From positions 1 to 64,000 of the IMG/VR virus record IMGVR_UViG_3300032018_000004: a DNA stretch of 64,000 nucleotides, one strand, 5' to 3'. The stretch is from a virus. Under the pieces are notes generated by a model that worked only from the letters and a program-made list of their open reading frames with translations, did not search any database and was not told the DNA's origin. A program made the translations under genes and the position numbers. Shown piece by piece: positions 57,817 through 64,000 of the stretch (its first letter is position 1; every line of letters starts with the position of its first letter).

Positions 57817-58087
57817 ATACCTAACATTTTTCTTCTTGCTATTTCTGCTAATTTTGTGTATACCTTATTTATCAAATGCCCAGACATACACAGAGCCGGA
57901 TGAATACTACCAGAACATCCCTAAATTGAAAGACTGTCAAGAAATTGTAATTGATGAGCGTTTTATTGGTGGAAAACTGAGCAAGAAAACTATATGCTTT
58001 TGGGAAGTTAAGATTGCTTCTGGAGTTATGACATTCTGGAAGGAAATTGGGAAAGACCATTACGGATTTTGTGAATAGGGGAATGAG

Positions 58088-58294
58088 ATGAAGAGTTGGA
58101 TTGTTCGCAATGTTCCAGAGTTCCCGAAGCTAATGAAAATGAATAGCTGTGGATGTGTTGTCCTATTTATTAATAATTCTAAAGGGTTTGTAGTAAAATC
58201 TGATTTTGACGTGATTGATGATTACATGTATGAGGTTGGACATGAAAGTGACGAGTGGGAGATTTCTCAGTTTGTTTTTTTGACGGAATTATAA
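58088..58294 (+). CDS. Hypothetical protein
   Basis: FPKLM...VVLF...G.VV pattern; RBS. Confidence 0.55.
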   Translation: MKSWIVRNVPEFPKLMKMNSCGCVVLFINNSKGFVVKSDFDVIDDYMYEVGHESDEWEISQFVFLTEL

Positions 58295-58460
58295 AACTAC
58301 AGAATTGAGAAATAATAATTTTGTGAATAGGAGAGTGGGATGGTAGAAACAGTTTTATCTCTTGCTTTGGAAATGGGGAAATGCCTTCTACATATATGAT
58401 GCTGAAATTTAAGAAATATCTTGAGAGTGTCGTGATTGAAAACATATAAAGGTAAACACT

Positions 58461-58913
58461 ATGAATGAAATTCTTTTCCTACTAATTTTAGGCCATTTGT
58501 TTGGAGATTATTTGCTCCAGTCATATTGTCTTGCCGTCAATAAGAAGAAATATTCATTGATTGGTTGGAGTTCTGCAACTTATCATTGCCTTATTTATAC
58601 CACTACAATTTATGGATTTTTATTAATTGAGGGAATTAAATTAAATTTCATTCAATGCCTCTTAATTTTCCTGTCACATTTTATCATTGACAAGTTTCCA
58701 GTTATTGAATACTATATGAAAGTGATGGATATTAGAAGTTGGGATAGAGAGCTTCCTAAAACAGGCAATGGTGTAGATTTTGAAAATAAAGAACCAATTA
58801 CAATTATTCAATTAGTTACGACATCGTTTGGGTCGTTTGTTTATATTATGTGTGATAATACATTTCATTTATTCTTTATGTATTTAATTCTGAAATTCAG
58901 TATTGGAGTATAA
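58461..58913 (+). CDS. DUF3307-like membrane protein
   Basis: GHLFGDYLLQ, HCLIY, SHFIID, DNTFH. Confidence 0.88.
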   Translation: MNEILFLLILGHLFGDYLLQSYCLAVNKKKYSLIGWSSATYHCLIYTTTIYGFLLIEGIKLNFIQCLLIFLSHFIIDKFPVIEYYMKVMDIRSWDRELPKTGNGVDFENKEPITIIQLVTTSFGSFVYIMCDNTFHLFFMYLILKFSIGV

Positions 58914-59832
58914 AATGAAGGTAGTATATCCTGGCACATTTAACCCATTCACAATTGGACATAAATATGTTCTTGATCAGACGTGTCGTATGTTTGGTGG
59001 TGAAAATGTGACAATCTTATTGGCAGAGAATACAGAAAAAGATCAAGGATATTTTAAGTCCAGGAAAAGGCATATTGTCCCGGTACACAATAATGTCGAT
59101 TGTTATAAAGGTCTTACTACAGGTTATTGTTTTAAGAATGAAATAGAATTGATTGTTCGCGGGGTGAGAAATCAATCGGATTTCCAGAATGAATACAATA
59201 TGTCAAGTTGGAACAATGAACTATCAGATAATGATGTCAAGACTATTTTAATTCCATGCCCACCAAAATTGCAGAATATATCTAGCAGCGCCATTAGAAC
59301 CTTATATGATTGCGATGTAGACGTTAAAAAATATTTCTGCAATGATTATTCATATCATAGGTGGACAGTCAAGGAACCTAAATACAAAATTTATTTTGGC
59401 AAGATGGCAGTTGGCAAATCTAGCTTATTGAGTGGGGAAAAATATGTAGATTTTGACAAATTCATTTATAGCCAATTTTCTGTAGAGGAAGAGTCAAGAT
59501 ATAGGGAATTATTTTCTGATGCTATTAGAAAAAGAGATCATACTCAATATAATTTTGCAATTGATTCAATGTCTTTAAATATAGATAAAGTCAAATTATT
59601 CAAGGATGCTTTTAAAATTTCCAACACATTTGAAATATCGGCAATTGGGTCGTGGTTTGATGAAATTCCTATAGGAATCATAAGAGATGCAGAAATTATT
59701 AAGGTCGAATGTTCAGAAGAGGAACGGGTAAATAGGGCAATCAAAAGGGGCATAAGTATGGAAGATTTTGAAAATTTTAATTCTTTTTATAAAGACCCAC
59801 CATTTTGGGACAGGACAATAGTTAGTGAATAA
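58903..59832 (+). CDS. coaD: Phosphopantetheine adenylyltransferase (CoaD) fused to dephospho-CoA-kinase-like P-loop domain
   Basis: YPGTFNPFTIGH, IVRGVR..SDF..E, ISSSAIR; then GKMAVGKSS, VDFD, IIKVECSEEERVNRAIKRG. Confidence 0.8.
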   Translation: MEYKMKVVYPGTFNPFTIGHKYVLDQTCRMFGGENVTILLAENTEKDQGYFKSRKRHIVPVHNNVDCYKGLTTGYCFKNEIELIVRGVRNQSDFQNEYNMSSWNNELSDNDVKTILIPCPPKLQNISSSAIRTLYDCDVDVKKYFCNDYSYHRWTVKEPKYKIYFGKMAVGKSSLLSGEKYVDFDKFIYSQFSVEEESRYRELFSDAIRKRDHTQYNFAIDSMSLNIDKVKLFKDAFKISNTFEISAIGSWFDEIPIGIIRDAEIIKVECSEEERVNRAIKRGISMEDFENFNSFYKDPPFWDRTIVSE

Positions 59833-60736
59833 TTTTGATTTTCTAAAATACTTCTCTGATAAAGACCTAAGATATAAGACTTCTGGAAAAAATATCGGGG
59901 GAGACTGGGCGGCACTTTCGGACTGTTTTTTTTGTGGTAAAGAAAATTATCACCTAGCCGTGAATCAAAAAAAACAACAAATAAGTTGCTGGGTGTGCGG
60001 AAAACACACTACGACTGAACTAATAAAAGCAATCGAAAATTGTTCCTGGCAAAAAGCAAAACAAATCCTAGAACAATATTCCCTCACTCCAGACTCTATA
60101 CTGGATCAAGAGGAAGAGATTGAAATTGTAAGGCCAAATTCTTACAAACTTCCACAAGAATTTACAGAGCTATTTCCAAAAGAAGCTAAGGATTATCTGG
60201 TAAGGAGAAGATACGATTTTCTGACGCTGAGAAAAAAATACGGAATTCTATGGTCAGAAAATTTTGGAAGAGGCAAATTTAGAATTATCTTTCCTGTCTT
60301 TGAAAATAACAAAATTGTGAATTGGGTTGGAAGAGATATCACTGGCAATAAATCAATCATGCCATATATGTTTGAGAAGAACGAAGTGGCTTTAGTCCCA
60401 AGGAATGAGCTAATCTATAATCTTGATAACGTAAAAAATGAAAAGTGTGTGCTATTTGAAGGTTTGTTTAATGTATTAAGATTTGGGAATAATTCATTAG
60501 CTCTTTTGAGTCAGCAATTCACGAAACAACAGATCGTGAAATTGAAAAATAAAGGAATAAAGAAATTCTATATTTGTTTTGACAATGAAGAGAAGGCCCA
60601 GGAGAAAGCGAAATTGCTGGAAGGGTATCTCACCTGGGCAGATGAAATAAATTATATTGATTTACCAGAAAACGTGAATGATTTTGACGAGTTAGATGAC
60701 GAATCGGTAAATTATATTAAAAGGATGATATTTTGA
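59825..60736 (+). CDS. DNA primase (Zn finger + TOPRIM)
   Basis: CFFC...CWVCG, RIIFPV...GRDI, LFEG, CFDNE, NDFDE. Confidence 0.9.
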   Translation: MNNFDFLKYFSDKDLRYKTSGKNIGGDWAALSDCFFCGKENYHLAVNQKKQQISCWVCGKHTTTELIKAIENCSWQKAKQILEQYSLTPDSILDQEEEIEIVRPNSYKLPQEFTELFPKEAKDYLVRRRYDFLTLRKKYGILWSENFGRGKFRIIFPVFENNKIVNWVGRDITGNKSIMPYMFEKNEVALVPRNELIYNLDNVKNEKCVLFEGLFNVLRFGNNSLALLSQQFTKQQIVKLKNKGIKKFYICFDNEEKAQEKAKLLEGYLTWADEINYIDLPENVNDFDELDDESVNYIKRMIF

Positions 60737-61101
60737 AAACACCATATAGAGTAATGAAAGTTAATGAGTGGAAGAATCAACCCGCAATCACCCATAGAGT
60801 TGCCTGTATGTGCGGAAGCAAGGACTGCGATATGACGATTGATTTTGAGATTGACCATGGGTATTTAACACTTAATCTCTACAAACGAATGATTTTCAAT
60901 ACTTATGTTTGGGGAGAAAATAGATTTATCAGTTTTCTCAAAACATGGAAAAAGAAAATTGTAACTATTTTCAAGATTTTGTTCTATGGTTATCTTGAAA
61001 CTGAAGAGTGTTTGATTCTTCAAGGAGAAGATCATATTCAAGGGTTTATTGATGCTCTTGAGGAAGGAAGACAATTCATTGCTGAGAATAGGGAGAAATA
61101 G
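60733..61101 (+). CDS. Hypothetical protein
   Basis: CMCGSKDC motif; coupled. Confidence 0.6.
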   Translation: MKTPYRVMKVNEWKNQPAITHRVACMCGSKDCDMTIDFEIDHGYLTLNLYKRMIFNTYVWGENRFISFLKTWKKKIVTIFKILFYGYLETEECLILQGEDHIQGFIDALEEGRQFIAENREK

Positions 61102-61103
61102 AA

Positions 61104-61325
61104 ATGGAATACAAAATCACGCCAATTGCTTATTCAGTTCATAATGCAAAAGAAAATCCTATTTATAGTGAAACAGCAATTCATGTTAAGATGGAAGATG
61201 AAGGGGCTGGGCCATTTATTGTGATAACTCAAGATGGGAGTGAAGAAAAAGAAATTCGTGTTGAGGTTGAGGAATTGGAGAAGATTCTTGAAGCTTCTAG
61301 GATGCTGTGTGGAGAGGGGAAATGA
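61104..61325 (+). CDS. Hypothetical phage protein
   Basis: EDEGAGPF motif. Confidence 0.65.
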   Translation: MEYKITPIAYSVHNAKENPIYSETAIHVKMEDEGAGPFIVITQDGSEEKEIRVEVEELEKILEASRMLCGEGK

Positions 61326-61609
61326 TCATGGAGATGAAAAAACCAAAGCCCTGCCCGTTCTGTAATGCCATACCTCACACTTTTGAAGGTATGGGTGGAA
61401 CATGTGTACTGTTGGAATGAAGATGGTAGTTGCGGTCATCGTGGTATCATTATGACGTTGGGGGAATGGAACACCCGCACCCAACCAAAATATAAATGGA
61501 AAGACCAATATGAATGGATGAATGCCCACACCAAAATGTATAGAGGCGATAACGCGTCTGATTGTATGATGAATGCATTTAACGCTGGACGAGAATTAAA
61601 GGAGAATAA

Positions 61610-62233
61610 ATGAAAATTTTTGTAGGCAAATATTGTTCGTGGTGGGGAGCGTATCAGATTGCCGATCTCTTGCAGCATTTAGGAGTATCAGAAGATAGAT
61701 GCTATAAAATTGGGGAATGGCTTTCCAACACCAAACTCCAGACTTTTCTTGAATGGATTGATTCTAAAAAGAAGAGAGCAATAAATATTCATATTCACGA
61801 CTACGACATTTGGAGCGCAGATCATACCCTTTCCATTATCATATTGCCAATGCTCAAAATGATTCAAGAGGACAAGCATGGAGCACCATTTGTGGATGAT
61901 GAGGACGTTCCAGATGAATTGAAGTCAACCAATGCCCCACCTAAAAATAATGAATGGGATGTAGATTTGTTATGGTTCCAACGCTGGGACTGGGTGCTGG
62001 ACGAGATGATTTTTGCGATGTCCTCAATTTTAGATGATTCGTGGGAGGAAAAATTTCATTCTGGTAACATGGATTTAGTTTGGGAAAAGTGCGAGGGTTC
62101 TGATTTGTCTGAAATGAAGGATGGGCCAAATAATACCCATGTCTTTGATGCGGTAGGGTATAAAATTTATGCAGACAGAATTCAAAATGGGTGTAGGCTT
62201 TTGGGACGATATTTTCGCTCACTTTGGACCTGA
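61610..62233 (+). CDS. Hypothetical phage protein
   Basis: YDIWSADHTL, HGAPFVDDEDVP, WDWVLDEMIFA, GRYFRSLW. Confidence 0.8.
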   Translation: MKIFVGKYCSWWGAYQIADLLQHLGVSEDRCYKIGEWLSNTKLQTFLEWIDSKKKRAINIHIHDYDIWSADHTLSIIILPMLKMIQEDKHGAPFVDDEDVPDELKSTNAPPKNNEWDVDLLWFQRWDWVLDEMIFAMSSILDDSWEEKFHSGNMDLVWEKCEGSDLSEMKDGPNNTHVFDAVGYKIYADRIQNGCRLLGRYFRSLWT

Positions 62234-62261
62234 TTTATTTCACTACTACACTTAAAATCGT

Positions 62262-62289
62262 TAAAGTTTTGATACATTTATGCCGATAA
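62262..62289 (+). promoter_or_regulatory. sigma28-type promoter upstream of HTH gene
   Basis: TAAAGTTT-N12-GCCGATAA. Confidence 0.75.
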
Positions 62290-62310
62290 GGTATATGAAG
62301 GAGGAAGGAT

Positions 62311-62517
62311 ATGACACCTATTACAAGGCTGTTATTTGAGTTTATTAAACAAAATAGAGATAGCAACAATCAACTCAAACTCAGCAATGAAGAGATTTCG
62401 GGTAAGCTTGAAGTGAACAAATCAAGTGTCTCCCGATGCGTGAAGCTGCTGAAATTAGAGGGGGTGATTTCAACGGCATACGATGATGACTTGAGGAGGA
62501 CTATCACGGTCCTCTAA
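62311..62517 (+). CDS. Winged helix-turn-helix DNA-binding protein
   Basis: SNEEISGKLEVNKSSVSRCVKLLKLEGVI; AAGGAGG RBS. Confidence 0.85.
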   Translation: MTPITRLLFEFIKQNRDSNNQLKLSNEEISGKLEVNKSSVSRCVKLLKLEGVISTAYDDDLRRTITVL

Positions 62518-62572
62518 GAGATGAGGGGGTGGATGGGAAAGAAACTTAAAACAAGGAGAACTGTGATATCTT

Positions 62573-64000
62573 ATGACCGTTTCAATTAGGCCCAGATCAA
62601 TCGATCAAAATTCAGAAAAAAGCATTATCACTCAAATCATAACAGATACTGAATTCTGCTGCGCTATCCTCCCAATTGCCAAACAAGAATATTTTGAAAT
62701 TAAATATGCAAAAATTATTTTTGGATGGTGCAAAGATTATTATGATAAATATGAATCCGCTCCTGGGAAATATATCACTGATATTTTTAATACGAAGAAG
62801 AAAAAGCTCTCATCTGAGGATATAGAACTCTTAGAAGATTTCTTACAGGGTTTGTCAGGGAAGTATATTGAAGATGGGGAAAAAAGAAACAATAAATTTT
62901 ATATTGAAGAAGCTATAATTTATCTTAAAAAACAATCATATATGCGCTTGTCTGAAAATCTTGCTAGTTATGCGAAGCTTGGGGAAGTTGCAGAGTGTGA
63001 GAATCAATTAGTCAATCACAAAAAAGTAGAAGTATCTACTTCTATCGCCGTTAATTTGAATGATCCAGAAGTAGCAAAAAATATTTTAAAGAAGAGTGGG
63101 GAAAATAAACTATTTTCTCTTCCTGGCGCTATCGGCAAATTACTTGGAAATTTTGAATCTTCGAGGACATATGTTGTATTGGCTAAGAGCGGAATTGGCA
63201 AAAGCTGGTTCTTAACCGAATTGGCCCTTTGCGCTGCAATGAATAGAATTAAAGTAGTTATGGCAAATTGGGAAATGTCTCAAGAACAAGTAGCCAGTAG
63301 GTATTATAAGAGACTTACGGGGCTTGGGGATTCTGCTCAAAACTGGAACTACCCTTGCATTGATTGCCAAAAATCACAGATGGGCACTTGTAATATAAAA
63401 AGTAATAGAATCCCCCTTGTAAATTCTTCTGGAGAAATTCCATCATTTGAAGATTCAATATCTTCTGGATATGAGCCATGTAGTAAGTGTAGAAATGATC
63501 TAGATTTCAAGGCTGCTGTTTGGCATGAAAGTATTTACAGAGATGCTTTAAATACGGAGAAATTGACAAAAACACTTAGCGGGTTTGATTTAATGTTTGG
63601 GAAAGATATGGTTAGGTCAATCTGCTTCCCAAAGTTTTCTGCAACCATTTCTGATCTCGAAAGAGAAATTCTATCTCTCCAGTATAGGGAGGGATTTTTC
63701 CCGTCAGTGATTACCATCGACTACGATGCCCTGGTGCTCCCAGAAAGGTTTTACAGCGAACAAAGACACAACTCTGACGAAGTGTTTAAAAGCATTGGCA
63801 AACTATCTCACAAGTACGGTATTTGCATTTTTGTAGCCAGCCAAGTGAACCGTGAGGGTGCAAAAATGAAGTCGGCAAAAGTCACATCAATAGGGGATGA
63901 TTGGAGAAAAGTGCAACATGCAGATGGAATTTTTATTTTAAATCAGTCTGATGAGGAAAAACGTAATAAAATAATTAGGATAGGGCTTGGCAAAATGCGT
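62573..64000 (+). CDS. DnaB-like replicative helicase (runs off window; not in ORF track)
   Basis: Open from ATG 62573 (MTVSIRPRS...); AKSGIGKSW Walker A, WEMS, IDYD, ASQVNREG, KVQHADG. Confidence 0.9.
   Translation, partial: MTVSIRPRSIDQNSEKSIITQIITDTEFCCAILPIAKQEYFEIKYAKIIFGWCKDYYDKYESAPGKYITDIFNTKKKKLSSEDIELLEDFLQGLSGKYIEDGEKRNNKFYIEEAIIYLKKQSYMRLSENLASYAKLGEVAECENQLVNHKKVEVSTSIAVNLNDPEVAKNILKKSGENKLFSLPGAIGKLLGNFESSRTYVVLAKSGIGKSWFLTELALCAAMNRIKVVMANWEMSQEQVASRYYKRLTGLGDSAQNWNYPCIDCQKSQMGTCNIKSNRIPLVNSSGEIPSFEDSISSGYEPCSKCRNDLDFKAAVWHESIYRDALNTEKLTKTLSGFDLMFGKDMVRSICFPKFSATISDLEREILSLQYREGFFPSVITIDYDALVLPERFYSEQRHNSDEVFKSIGKLSHKYGICIFVASQVNREGAKMKSAKVTSIGDDWRKVQHADGIFILNQSDEEKRNKIIRIGLGKMR

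Noticed and set aside
63016-63717. Two short minus-strand ORFs
   Set aside because: Antisense to the open DnaB-like helicase frame
1-64000. Prophage with integrase/repressor, or stop-codon reassignment
   Set aside because: No integrase, att site or host genes seen; core genes are full length in the standard code

Overview
The window is about 64 kb of a tailed dsDNA phage genome with an HK97-type head and a long non-contractile (siphovirus-like) tail; no host housekeeping genes or integrase are visible. Bases 1-35.1 kb on the minus strand hold the late module: terminases, tRNA-Thr, portal, prohead protease, major capsid, head-tail genes, a radical-SAM/methyltransferase/three-glycosyltransferase cassette, tail tube, frameshifted tail chaperones, tape measure, tail tip and a truncated repeat-containing tail fibre. 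Bases 35.2-64 kb, mostly plus strand, hold early and replication genes: HNH proteins, DNA cytosine methyltransferase, deaminase, thermonuclease, SF2 helicase, SleB-like hydrolase, a CoaD-CoaE-like fusion, primase and a truncated DnaB-like helicase. The most striking non-obvious signals are: (1) a three-copy covarying structured RNA motif placed right after portal, capsid and tail-tube stop codons, two copies leading into endonuclease genes through a loop/downstream pseudoknot; (2) a ~330-nt highly base-paired non-coding RNA candidate with its own promoter ahead of two paralogous HNH genes; (3) eight near-consensus sigma28 (FliA-type) promoters versus sigma70-type promoters on early genes; (4) a solo TnpB/Cas12f-like gene whose RuvC-III appears deleted in frame; (5) a tRNA-like RNA with an 8-bp acceptor stem and expanded anticodon arm. 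All calls come from reading motifs by eye; no searches were run.
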